From NCBI GenBank assembly GCA_002728755.1, contig PBVT01000008.1, forward strand, positions 5,189 through 69,188: a DNA stretch of 64,000 nucleotides, given 5' to 3'. Numbering within the stretch: position 1 is the stretch's first letter; every line of letters begins with the position of its first letter. Below are positions 29,971 through 39,093 of this stretch, piece by piece. The translations under genes were made by a program, and so were the position numbers. This DNA comes from Myxococcales bacterium (GTDB lineage: Bacteria > Myxococcota_A > UBA9042 > UBA3505). The notes beneath the pieces are model-generated. The model was not told the DNA's origin, did not search any database, and saw nothing but the letters and a program-made list of their open reading frames with translations.

Positions 29971-31869
29971 TTAGTTTTTCTTCATTGCCACGTTACGTTC
30001 AAGAAGACATTGCAAATAGTCCGCCGCCTTATACAGCTGGAAATCGAACTTAATTCGTCGGTCGAGATCCGCAGCATGTATCGCTTCCGCCCGACCGTTC
30101 TCCTTTACGCATACACCCAACTCGCGGACCAATGCCTCGTTGGGACGTGACGGTTTCGCCGAAATCTTCGGAAGATGATCATAGAGGTTTTCCTCTCGGA
30201 AGCCCAGAGGCATTGTCCCATCTACATCAGGGGTGACGTCTACATCTGGCGAAACACCGACCACCTGCAATGTGTTGCCCATGGGCCCGTAGTAGCGCGC
30301 GTGGGTAAGTTTCAACCAATACCCTTCACCAAGGTTTGGCGGTATTAACTGCTGTACTGTGGCCTTACCAAAGGTTCGATCGCCAAAGACGAGTGCTCGT
30401 TTATTTTCCTGAACCGCGCTGGCAACAATCTCTGCTGCAGAGGCTGTTCCATCGTCCACAAGAACGACCATGGGTAGCATAATGTCACGGCCCTTTCTGG
30501 CGCCATACTCTTCCGGAATTCGAGTCCGACTCTTCACTGTCACAATCCGTCCCAACTCAAGGAACAAATCACTCATCAAATACGCTTCGTGCAAGAAGCC
30601 GCCTGCGTTGTTTCGCATGTCCAGTATGAGCCCACGTAATTCGCCAGAAGCGCTCTGTTCTTTAAGAGAGAGAATGTTCTGCCGTAACTCGGACGTTGTA
30701 TTCTCTATGAAGCCACGGACCTTCACATAGCCAATATCGGCATGCTCGGGGCCTAAAAGCCGTCCGCTCACATTCGTAATCTTGATGAACGCGCGGGTAA
30801 TCTTGATTTCGAGATCGTCTGGCACACCGACGCGCTGAACTGTCAAAACCACATCGGTCCCTTTAGGGCCTTTTATTTTGGCTACAACCTTTCGCAGGAA
30901 TAGCCCCCGAATATCCTCACCATTCACCTTGATAATGATATCCCCAGCACGCAAGCCCGATTTCTCGGCTGGTTGCCCCTCCATCGGGCTTTCCACGATG
31001 ATGTCGTCATTGCGCTGGGTAAGAAGCGCGCCGATGCCCTCGAAAGAAGCATCGCGGAGCTCCGCATTGCTTTCTTTCCAGGCCTTATCGGAGACAAGCG
31101 TCGAATGAGGATCAAGTGCGCCCAGATACCCTTGCGCGGCGGCAATCCAAATCCGGTTGGTCGTAATGTCCTCGCCTCTATTCTTTATGGCGTACGCGAC
31201 AACTTTTTCGAAATCGGCCTTACCGAACTTGGTCTTTTTCCAGTAGCCCTTTAGCTCTCGGTACCGCTCCTTGAACTCAAGTCGCTTTTTCCGAATCTCG
31301 TCGTCCGTCATCTCTTTCCGTTCTTTGTCATTCCACCCTTCGACATGTTCCAGGATCACGTACTTCGCACGAGGATCCACCCGAATTATTTTGCCTTCCC
31401 AACGCTTTTTCTCGTCGGAGCGTTTTTTCATTTTTTTATAGTACGGTTCGGGAACCAACTCCCAACGCTTGCCTAAAACGGCTAAAGCCTGGTTCGCGGC
31501 AGATTCATAGGCGATGACCTTATCGTAATCCTGGTCGATATAATGGTTTCGGACCTGCTCCAGAACCTCCCGAAAATGGAACTTACCAAAGGTGACGTCG
31601 GCCCAGTAGTCGACCTCCGCTTTGTCCTTGTCTTTGTCCTTGTCTTTGTCTGCGGCGAGTTCCGTTTTATCGGATACCGGCTTGAAATCTTTTATTTGCG
31701 CGTGGGAGGCACTTAAGACGGTCAGTGCCATTCCACCAATCGTCAAAAGAAGGAAGAGCGGCCAGCGAGTAAGCGACCAGATGGGACGTACACTCAACTG
31801 CGGTGCTCCCTCGTCGTCACGGTTGTTGCCAGGCGTCGATTTCATATTGCCTCTATACTCTTCATTCAT
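29971..31869 (-). CDS. S41 family C-terminal processing peptidase (Ctp/tail-specific protease-like) with PDZ domain
   Basis: A PDZ domain (GLRAGDIIIKVNGEDI) is followed by an S41 catalytic region (VLVDDGTASAAEIVA..FGKAT). The N-terminal TM/signal region contains a (DK)5 repeat. Confidence 0.8.
   Translation of the reverse strand: MNEEYRGNMKSTPGNNRDDEGAPQLSVRPIWSLTRWPLFLLLTIGGMALTVLSASHAQIKDFKPVSDKTELAADKDKDKDKDKAEVDYWADVTFGKFHFREVLEQVRNHYIDQDYDKVIAYESAANQALAVLGKRWELVPEPYYKKMKKRSDEKKRWEGKIIRVDPRAKYVILEHVEGWNDKERKEMTDDEIRKKRLEFKERYRELKGYWKKTKFGKADFEKVVAYAIKNRGEDITTNRIWIAAAQGYLGALDPHSTLVSDKAWKESNAELRDASFEGIGALLTQRNDDIIVESPMEGQPAEKSGLRAGDIIIKVNGEDIRGLFLRKVVAKIKGPKGTDVVLTVQRVGVPDDLEIKITRAFIKITNVSGRLLGPEHADIGYVKVRGFIENTTSELRQNILSLKEQSASGELRGLILDMRNNAGGFLHEAYLMSDLFLELGRIVTVKSRTRIPEEYGARKGRDIMLPMVVLVDDGTASAAEIVASAVQENKRALVFGDRTFGKATVQQLIPPNLGEGYWLKLTHARYYGPMGNTLQVVGVSPDVDVTPDVDGTMPLGFREENLYDHLPKISAKPSRPNEALVRELGVCVKENGRAEAIHAADLDRRIKFDFQLYKAADYLQCLLERNVAMKKN
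31621..31650. repeat. short tandem hexanucleotide repeat (GACAAR)5 encoding (DK)5 within the S41 peptidase N-terminus
   Basis: The sequence reads gtctttgtccttgtctttgtccttgtctttgtc on the plus strand. Confidence 0.5.
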
Positions 31870-31999
31870 TCAGCGTCTCTTACCCACTATCTACTCGGTT
31901 TCCACTTGCTTCTCAATCCAGTGTATCCAATGAGTCGTCTACAATTCAAAGATACGGGCCACCGTTTTCATTCCACGACCAAGTGTATCTTCGATTGCC

Positions 32000-33247
32000 T
32001 CATCCGTCAGATTCCTGGACTCCCTGATATCTCTTCTCGATTGACTCGTAATAATCGATTACACGGCGAACGTAGGCTCGCTTCTCAATATACGTTCCCG
32101 GATAAAAGGATCGTTTGAATCCATAAATCACGATGTGGCGTAAATCTCGTGGACGCAGGGAGAAATGATTTACTGCCAACTCCAGTTCTCGGCTCATATT
32201 GGTACGCGAAACCAATCGATTATCCGTACATAGAGTGACCGACAGCCTCGCCTTCCACATTTTCGAAAACGCATGATCGTCGAGACTCTTCAAGGTCGGG
32301 TCGGTTTGGAGATTACTACTCAAGCAAACCTCCAATGTGATCCGACGATCGGCTATAAACTCGGCGAGCTCTCGAATATATTCGTCTTTGTCCTGTATGG
32401 ACGTATCAGAGATATGATCTGCACTGAAGAGGTGGTACCCATGACCCACTCGATGCGCATGCAATTCGGTGATCGCCTGAAAAATGCTCTCGGGCCCGTA
32501 CGCTTCACCAGCGTGTACGGTTCGCTTCAGAAAGTTCTCATGGGCATGCTGGAATGCAGGCCAATGATCGGCGGCCGGATAACCATCTTCTTGTCCGGCG
32601 AGATCAAAACCTACGATGGGTAGGCCGTAATCGGCCCGAATATTCACGGTGGCCTTCGCCAGCTCCGTAGACGTGAGTCGAAACACGTCCTTGGGGTCAC
32701 TATGGGCATGTACTTCCAGGACTTTTCGATAGTACTCCCCGAATTCCCGATTAAACATGCGTAAGGCACAAACAATTATTCCGTAGGCAAACGGTGGTTC
32801 TGCACCGCTTTCAATCTCCGCGCGCGCATTAATCTCCTGCTGCGCACGTTTCAGTCCCCGATTTGCCGCACGTAATACATCTTCCAGGGTCTGGTTATCA
32901 TTGACATGGAGTTGGGGAGCAAAGCGAGGTTCAATATAGCGAACCCCTTCATTAAAGTTGTCCCAGGCAAACTCATAGGCGACCCGTTCAATGCCGTCTG
33001 GGTCCTGCATGACGGCCGTCGTGTATTGAAAGCCCCTTAAATAATCCACCAACGATGGATAGCGCTCTTTGAACACGAGCTCGTAAAGCCCTTCTTCTGT
33101 ATACGACGGAAGCTCTACATTTCTGTCACGAGCCAACTCAATCAACGTGCCGACCCGAAGACTACCATCAAGGTGTACATGAAGATCCGTTTTCGGAATC
33201 TCTCGTAGGAAATCCTTGCTGATGATTGGGGTCGACATCATAGACAC
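32000..33247 (-). CDS. adenosine/AMP deaminase family protein
   Basis: The N-terminal LPKTDLHVHLDGSL metal-binding motif and TIM-barrel deaminase architecture. The start could be ATG at 33241/33238 rather than GTG at 33247. Confidence 0.75.
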   Translation of the reverse strand: MSMMSTPIISKDFLREIPKTDLHVHLDGSLRVGTLIELARDRNVELPSYTEEGLYELVFKERYPSLVDYLRGFQYTTAVMQDPDGIERVAYEFAWDNFNEGVRYIEPRFAPQLHVNDNQTLEDVLRAANRGLKRAQQEINARAEIESGAEPPFAYGIIVCALRMFNREFGEYYRKVLEVHAHSDPKDVFRLTSTELAKATVNIRADYGLPIVGFDLAGQEDGYPAADHWPAFQHAHENFLKRTVHAGEAYGPESIFQAITELHAHRVGHGYHLFSADHISDTSIQDKDEYIRELAEFIADRRITLEVCLSSNLQTDPTLKSLDDHAFSKMWKARLSVTLCTDNRLVSRTNMSRELELAVNHFSLRPRDLRHIVIYGFKRSFYPGTYIEKRAYVRRVIDYYESIEKRYQGVQESDG

Positions 33248-33251
33248 TCTG

Positions 33252-33280
33252 CGTGAATCAATACCTGATATTGAATCACG
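33252..33280. promoter_or_regulatory. imperfect 12-5-12 palindrome CGTGAATCAATA-N5-TATTGAATCACG (candidate operator)
   Basis: It sits in the divergent region between the deaminase and DUF4157 genes, immediately upstream of the deaminase start. Each 12-nt arm carries one mismatch. Confidence 0.3.
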
Positions 33281-33424
33281 TATTGGAAGGCGGGTACACC
33301 TCTTGTTATAGCACCCTCAAGCCACCACGCGAAAGAGTTGAGCTTCGATTCGCCGAATTGGTGCGATCATTGCTATGATAGGAGCAGACACGGGGATTCG
33401 AGACCCCATTTGGATTGAATACGT

Positions 33425-34090
33425 ATGGCTGAAGAACCCAAAGGACTCACAAAAGAACAGCGCAGAGAGCTCGAAGAGCTGATGCAGGCGGTAGAATCGG
33501 GTCGTATGGACGCGGAAATCGTCCAGAAGTACCTCGACCAGGGAACGAGTCTTCTCGGCGACGAGAGCCCTATGCTCCTCAGCCATAAGCAGAGAACCGA
33601 CCTGACTCGAGTGTTGGGGCGTGATCCAGGAGATCTTCGTATCCACACGGGAAAACGCGCCCGGGATGCAACCGACGCGATGAGCGCGAAGGCTTTTGCC
33701 GTCGGCGAACGAGATATCTTTCTTGGAGGAGAAGTCAGCGGAAGCCTCGACACACGCGAAGGATTCGCAATCCTCGCACACGAAGCCATGCATACCATCC
33801 AGGAGCAGGCTGATGTAGGCTTTCGACGAGGCGGAGCCGCTACGGATGAGCTAGAAGCCCAGGCACGTAGGGTAGAAAGCCGTGTGCTGGCCGAAGACGA
33901 ATTAACCACCGCATCCACCATGCATGAAGGGGATCGGTTAGTTGGAGAGACACACGACGCGTCGCCGCCCTCACCGACAGAACTCCTGAATCGGTTGTCG
34001 GATCACGACAGACAGCGGGTTGCCGAGCGGGTTCTTGCTATATTGAAAAGCCGTAGTCGACTGGATGCCGATCGATTCGGGATCGATTAA
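33425..34090 (+). CDS. DUF4157 (zincin-like metallopeptidase-like) domain protein
   Basis: Residues about 45-130 match the DUF4157 pattern (DLRIHTG..A..A.AFAVG.DIFL ... ILAHEAMHTIQEQ). There is no signal peptide. Confidence 0.6.
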   Translation: MAEEPKGLTKEQRRELEELMQAVESGRMDAEIVQKYLDQGTSLLGDESPMLLSHKQRTDLTRVLGRDPGDLRIHTGKRARDATDAMSAKAFAVGERDIFLGGEVSGSLDTREGFAILAHEAMHTIQEQADVGFRRGGAATDELEAQARRVESRVLAEDELTTASTMHEGDRLVGETHDASPPSPTELLNRLSDHDRQRVAERVLAILKSRSRLDADRFGID

Positions 34091-34093
34091 CGT

Positions 34094-35053
34094 TCAGGGC
34101 TCGTCCTCGTCGATGGACTCCCCCTGCACCACGGCGCGTAGTCGCAGGATGGCACGACGTGCGGCCGGCACATAGGCTCGTTCCGTCGGGACCTTTTCGG
34201 CTATTTTTACATATCGTTCCCAATAGACCAGAGCGTCTTCATAGCGATGTACCGACTCAAAGGTATACGCCAGATTATATAGAGCCTGCGGGTACCGCGC
34301 CCGTAGAGCGAGCGCCCTCTTGAACGCTTCTATCTCTTCCTCGGTACGACCGAGCATATGCAATACAAGACCACTATTGTACTCGGCCTTATACATATTG
34401 GGTTTCAACTTCAAAGCCTGCGCGTACCGGTCTAGCGCCATCTCATAATATTTGCGGGCTTCTGGTCCAGGTACACCATCCCCCACTCGGGTATACACGC
34501 GCCCCAGATTGAAATGGAGGTCTGGTACCTGATCGTTAATCTCCAGGGCTTCTTCATAATATTTAGAGGCTTCTTTGAGCCGATTCTGGTCGGCCAGGAC
34601 CACGCCAAGGTTCATACGCGCCCCAAAGTCTCGTTCATCGAGGGACGCCGCTTTTCGATAGGCACGCTCCGCTTTTTCAAGATCTCCCTTTTCTTCGTAG
34701 CAGACCCCCAGGTTGAAATAGGCCTTCGAGTAGCGTGGATCAATAGAGATAGCCTTTCGATACGCGAAGATCTCTTTCTCTCCCGAATCCCTGCCGCCAC
34801 GACCACTATATGCCAGACCTAAATTATACCATGCCTCGCGAAAGTCAGGCTTGAGGCGTACGGCTTCCGACAAATGTGCCACACCGAGATCACCCTGCTT
34901 CGATTCCAGAAGATCGGTCCCCTCTTGAAAATGTTTTTGTGCGCTCATCCGCTCGAGGGCCGCAGCCTTCGGAGCCCCATCCTGCGCCATCACCGGATCA
35001 GCGATGATAAAGACAGACGAAATGACCACAAAGAGGAAAAGACGCATAAACAA
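34094..35053 (-). CDS. secreted TPR-repeat protein
   Basis: A signal peptide is followed by about 7 TPR repeats with W-LG-Y / A---Y--A--L-P-Y periodicity. Confidence 0.6.
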   Translation of the reverse strand: MFMRLFLFVVISSVFIIADPVMAQDGAPKAAALERMSAQKHFQEGTDLLESKQGDLGVAHLSEAVRLKPDFREAWYNLGLAYSGRGGRDSGEKEIFAYRKAISIDPRYSKAYFNLGVCYEEKGDLEKAERAYRKAASLDERDFGARMNLGVVLADQNRLKEASKYYEEALEINDQVPDLHFNLGRVYTRVGDGVPGPEARKYYEMALDRYAQALKLKPNMYKAEYNSGLVLHMLGRTEEEIEAFKRALALRARYPQALYNLAYTFESVHRYEDALVYWERYVKIAEKVPTERAYVPAARRAILRLRAVVQGESIDEDEP

Positions 35054-35095
35054 CCCGGGAACCTTTACTTACATACAACAGTTAACGCGAACGAC

Positions 35096-35386
35096 CTATT
35101 CAAAGGTCTCGTCGAACTTACGTTCCAACGTAGCCAGGATCTTCTTTTTGAATGGGCGTAACATCAGGTTCAGATCGATCTCGATACCCACTGTCGATTC
35201 GGTAACCTGCAGCCGACCTTCGAATCCCTGACCTCGCGCAATACCTTCGGTACCGTCCGCGCTCCACTCGACATCTTTCACAAGCTCTGGACGCTTCTCT
35301 CGAAGAGTCTCCAGCAACCCCTGAGCACGACGAATCGCCTCATCAAGGGGAAGAGCGTGTGTACGTTCTACTTCAACCGCTGCCAT
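35096..35386 (-). CDS. PHA-system-like small protein (PHA_gran_rgn/TIGR02610-like)
   Basis: The pattern V.V.R.H.L..D.A...........L.....W..DG......G..G...V....V.V...L resembles the polyhydroxyalkanoic acid system protein family. The start is chosen at the internal Met; the ORF track extends to 35440. Confidence 0.4.
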   Translation of the reverse strand: MAAVEVERTHALPLDEAIRRAQGLLETLREKRPELVKDVEWSADGTEGIARGQGFEGRLQVTESTVGIEIDLNLMLRPFKKKILATLERKFDETFE

Positions 35387-35472
35387 CGAAAACTCCTGAA
35401 CATCTGGCCCCACCATAGCGTTTGAAGAGGGTGTGGGCAAGACGCAAAACGGACTGTTCTAGTCCAAAAAGA

Positions 35473-35508
35473 AAAACGCCCGGCCATCAAATGACCGGGC
35501 GTTTTTTT
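35473..35508. terminator. bidirectional rho-independent terminator
   Basis: AAAAA-ACGCCCGG-loop-CCGGGCGT-TTTTTTT. It lies downstream of the minus-strand beta-barrel gene, which ends at 35554. Confidence 0.5.
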
Positions 35509-35553
35509 ATCGGTTCTTTCCAGGCCTCAGCCCGAAAAGATTACGATTTCAGA

Positions 35554-36057
35554 CTACCAGTACAGGTTGAACCCAACACCAGTCGTACCGAATACGAGAT
35601 TCGTAGCATCTTTCTGATGATCGATGGCCACGCCGAAGCTCGCGTCGATGGAGATGTTGTCGTTGTACCAGTATTCGCCACCGAGGCTTCCGCCCACTAC
35701 AGCGTGCATGGTGTCGCCAAAGGCGTCAAAGTCACCACTGAGGTTGAGGCCTACGCCCATGAAGGGGCTTACCTTACCGGAGTTGGCTTTGTACATACGG
35801 TACTCAACTGCAAGGCTGATAACCTTTCCAGCTTTTGCATCACCGGCCAAGCCCATGCCACCATCGAAACCGAGGCCTACGCGTACGGCAGATGCGTCAT
35901 CAAGGCCGTAGGACAGGTTTGCATGGGTGTCGTCGCCAGCCATACCGGCGTACGAGAAGTGATCAATACCAACGCCCCATTGGCCAGCTTTTGGTCCAGC
36001 CATAGCTGTTGTAGCAACAAGGCAAAGTACTGCTGCGAATGCAAGAATGTTTCTCAT
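35554..36057 (-). CDS. outer-membrane beta-barrel protein (OmpW/OmpA-like small barrel)
   Basis: Start at MRNILAFAAVLCLVATTAMA (signal peptide) with a perfect AGGAGG ribosome-binding site 7 nt upstream. The mature part has alternating amphipathic beta-strands rich in Gly/aromatic residues and a C-terminal aromatic residue (LYW). Confidence 0.6.
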   Translation of the reverse strand: MRNILAFAAVLCLVATTAMAGPKAGQWGVGIDHFSYAGMAGDDTHANLSYGLDDASAVRVGLGFDGGMGLAGDAKAGKVISLAVEYRMYKANSGKVSPFMGVGLNLSGDFDAFGDTMHAVVGGSLGGEYWYNDNISIDASFGVAIDHQKDATNLVFGTTGVGFNLYW

Positions 36058-36460
36058 TTCGATTCCTCCTAAGCTGTTTCTGAACACCAATTTCACCAGC
36101 GAAAAGGGCATTCGGGATACTCGGCAGATTTCCGAGCCTGCTTGATGGCGTTTATACACCGGCTAGGAGCGAAGTCAATAAAATGGCCCAAAAAAATTGG
36201 GGTAAATCTGTGGATAACTTTCTCACCGTCCGAAAATATTGGGAAAAGCAGTACGCCTTTATTTTTCAAGGGAATTCGCAATTCGAACCGCGAAATTTTT
36301 TACGCACAAACCGCGAAATTTTTTCGCAGCAGAGCAGGTCATCGATGATGGGGGGGAACTCCCAAATCTGGCCCGTTTTGATCCCACGATTTTCAGGATC
36401 TCCGACAAAAAAAACCGCCAAATTCGGCATATTTTCAATTCCCAGAATTTCAAAAACGAA

Positions 36461-36489
36461 AAAAGCCGCAGCGTTTGCTGCGGCTTTTC
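36461..36489. terminator. orphan perfect bidirectional terminator hairpin inside an 800-bp noncoding region
   Basis: AAAAGCCGCAGC-GTTT-GCTGCGGCTTTT is a 12-bp perfect stem with a 4-nt loop, A-run 5' and T-run 3', so it is functional on both strands. There is no CDS within 400 nt on either side. Confidence 0.45.
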
Positions 36490-36962
36490 GCAAATTCAAC
36501 ACAAATCGAAAAAAATCGTGAGCCGAAATCGACCTATCGTTGGGCCTCAGAAAAACTCGTACGATTTCGTTTCCCCTGAGGACATAGCCAACAAGCCGAT
36601 CGCTTCTTAGTCAACGCATTAGAGGTAACATAGTCATCTAAACATTGCGCAAGCGTCAGGTTTTTCCGCCTGGGCTTACAATAGAAAAACTCGTTTAAAT
36701 ACCGCGGTGCAGGAGTTGCATCTTGTTTTTTCTTCCACATTTTTATTACCAGGTAGTTCTATAAACAAAATTTGATTCGGGGTCACAATACCCCGGGGGT
36801 TGCCTGTAGTAATTGCAATAACAATGCCGAAATTTTCGCCGTTTCTCCTATAACAGCGCAAGTGCCCGGTTTTGGAGAAACTTTCTGGTTTTTTCTTGAT
36901 CCCAGAGCCAGAAGTTGTTCCATAACCGGGGTCCGAGCACCCCTATATTATGAAAAATTTTC

Positions 36963-38225
36963 ATGGTTGTGTCGAGAAGGCGGTTTTCAATGATTCTATT
37001 TCCCAACAAATGTTTTCGAATCCTGATGATCTTTCTTATGGTCGGAGCTCTCTTCGCATGTTCCGACGAGAATAGCGTCGTAAATACGGGTACAGATACA
37101 ATCACCTCCTTCGAGGACAGCAGCTCCAACGAAGACAGCACATCTCTTATGGATACATCCTCTCTTGAGGACACGACCTCGATCGAGGACTCGTCTCTAA
37201 CAGACGTGAGCCAGAGCGTTCCTGACGTGCCAGAAGATGTTGGCCAGGACACTGGAGAACCGGATACGACCGAACCACCAGTAGAAGATACCATCTACGC
37301 TGGTTGGATCGGAGGCGCCTGCGAGACAGATGCCGTCTGTGATTACGACGACAGTCTGTGCCTTACGGAGGTTGACACCGATCTACCTGGGGGCATGTGC
37401 AGTCAAGACTGTGACCTTTACTGCCCAGATCAAGGGGAAGCCATCACCACATTTTGTGTAGATGGAACCTATCTCGGCCTCTTCGATTCAGGCGGTTATT
37501 GCGCCATGCGCTGCGATTATGCTGTCAGCGCCAGCGGCTGTCGCCCCGGTTATGTCTGTGAAAGCCTCCCGCGCTATAATGATCCATCGACAGTCATCGC
37601 TACCTGTGTACCTGGCACCGAAACAGAACCACCCGATAACCCCCCGATCGGGATCACCAACTGCCAGCAGGAACTGACGAATCGAGGCGTGGGCTTTACT
37701 GTGGGCGTAAATAATATGGATAGCCCAGCCGGCCATCCCAACATCATATGCGATGTGCAGGATCCCGTCATGATAGAACCGACGATTCATGGCGTGACCT
37801 ATCGATACGCGTCGGTCAACGGGGCGGCAAACTCCATATACACATCTTGCCAACTGGCCCTGGCTATCGAAGAGACGAGTCTGTGGCTCGCCGAACAGAA
37901 TGTAACCGACGTAATTCACCTGGGTGTATACAACTGCCGTCTCATCTCTGGCGTGAGCCCCCCCACTCTTAGTGAGCATGGCCTGGCGAACGCGATTGAT
38001 ATCGCTGGATTTCGGAATGCGGACGGTAGCATCTATACCGTCATCGATGATTGGGAACTCAACACCTCGTTCCCCGTTACCGTCCCTGGTAGTTTCCTGA
38101 AATGGTTTGTAGAGACCGTATTCGAGAACTGGATCTACAACATCATCCTCACACCAGACTACAATGCCGCCCATCATGACCACTTTCATTGTGATCTCAC
38201 ACCAGGAGCTCATTTTCTCCAGTAA
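36963..38225 (+). CDS. Cys-rich lipoprotein with C-terminal extensin-like (Extensin_C / LAS-peptidase-like) domain
   Basis: A signal peptide with lipobox LFACSDE precedes an acidic Ser/Thr-rich linker and a Cys-rich module. The C-terminus matches the Extensin_C pattern (HLGVYNCR.ISG..SEHGLANAIDI...DG...V.DW...LTPDYNAAHHDHFHCDL). Confidence 0.6.
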   Translation: MVVSRRRFSMILFPNKCFRILMIFLMVGALFACSDENSVVNTGTDTITSFEDSSSNEDSTSLMDTSSLEDTTSIEDSSLTDVSQSVPDVPEDVGQDTGEPDTTEPPVEDTIYAGWIGGACETDAVCDYDDSLCLTEVDTDLPGGMCSQDCDLYCPDQGEAITTFCVDGTYLGLFDSGGYCAMRCDYAVSASGCRPGYVCESLPRYNDPSTVIATCVPGTETEPPDNPPIGITNCQQELTNRGVGFTVGVNNMDSPAGHPNIICDVQDPVMIEPTIHGVTYRYASVNGAANSIYTSCQLALAIEETSLWLAEQNVTDVIHLGVYNCRLISGVSPPTLSEHGLANAIDIAGFRNADGSIYTVIDDWELNTSFPVTVPGSFLKWFVETVFENWIYNIILTPDYNAAHHDHFHCDLTPGAHFLQ

Positions 38226-38267
38226 GATCGGTCACAGTATTTTCGAGATTGCTACGAAGAAAATCGC

Positions 38268-38909
38268 GTGCTAATCCGAATAGCACATCTAGCTGGTAAT
38301 ATGATGATCGAAAATCAGTATATGGAATGTGGTCCTGACGAAGAAAAGGGTGAGGATAAGAGCGCCTTTGAGAGAATGCTCAAATCTCGTTCGATTCTCA
38401 TTCGCGGCGTAATCGATGGGAAGCAGGCCGAGAAAGTTATGCGAGAGGCCTTGCTTCTCGAGGGTGAAGATTCTGAGAGACCGATTACGGTGATGCTTAA
38501 TTCTCCCGGAGGCTCGGTCACGGATGGCATGGCCATCTACGATATGCTTCGGTTCATCAAGCCCAAAGTACGTATTGTTTGTGCAGGGCTGACCGCCTCC
38601 ATCGCGACAATCATCCTCTTGGCGGCCGAAAAAGAAGATCGACTCAGTCTTCCGTATACGCGCTTCCTGATTCATCAACCGCTGATCATGGGTCAGGTTG
38701 TCGGCCCCGCAAGTGATCTCGAGATCACAGCGAACGAAATCCTGAAAACCCGGGGCATTTTGAACAATCTTCTGGCGACGGAAACGGGACAGAAAATCGA
38801 CCGTATCGAAGAAGACGTCCAACGAGACTACTGGATGCGAGCAGACGAAGCCGTCGATTATGGCCTGATCGCAGGTATTATCACCCACCGATCCGACCTT
38901 CCGGAGTAG
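38268..38909 (+). CDS. clpP: ATP-dependent Clp protease proteolytic subunit ClpP family
   Basis: A ClpP/crotonase fold with the catalytic Ser (GLTASIA), His (LIHQP) and Asp (ADEAVDYGLI) all present. The N-terminus is diverged. GTG start at 38268; alternative ATG at 38301. Confidence 0.7.
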   Translation: MLIRIAHLAGNMMIENQYMECGPDEEKGEDKSAFERMLKSRSILIRGVIDGKQAEKVMREALLLEGEDSERPITVMLNSPGGSVTDGMAIYDMLRFIKPKVRIVCAGLTASIATIILLAAEKEDRLSLPYTRFLIHQPLIMGQVVGPASDLEITANEILKTRGILNNLLATETGQKIDRIEEDVQRDYWMRADEAVDYGLIAGIITHRSDLPE

Positions 38910-39093
38910 CGCATACCCCCGGTTAGGCGAGCTCTCACCGTAATCGAAGAGCGGTATAACTAAGCAGAGTTCCGTGGCGTTTGCGGCACAACCGCGTCAC
39001 CGTTTTCTGCTTTCCCATCTCCAGGTTTGGGCCGTAGCATCCCTTGGGGCCCCGAAAAAAAGGGCCCGCAACCTGGATATTTTGAAGTTGATT

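Noticed and set aside
36288-36336. Direct repeats CCGCGAAATTTTTT as a possible CRISPR or mobile element
   Set aside because: There are only two copies with a 10-nt spacer, no array, and no cas or transposase genes. They are more likely UP-element-like promoter repeats.
36142-36610. Several 60-120 aa ORFs in the 36.1-36.9 kb intergenic island
   Set aside because: They are Lys/Arg/Phe-rich translations of A/T tracts with no ribosome-binding sites. The region is better explained as noncoding regulatory or sRNA sequence.
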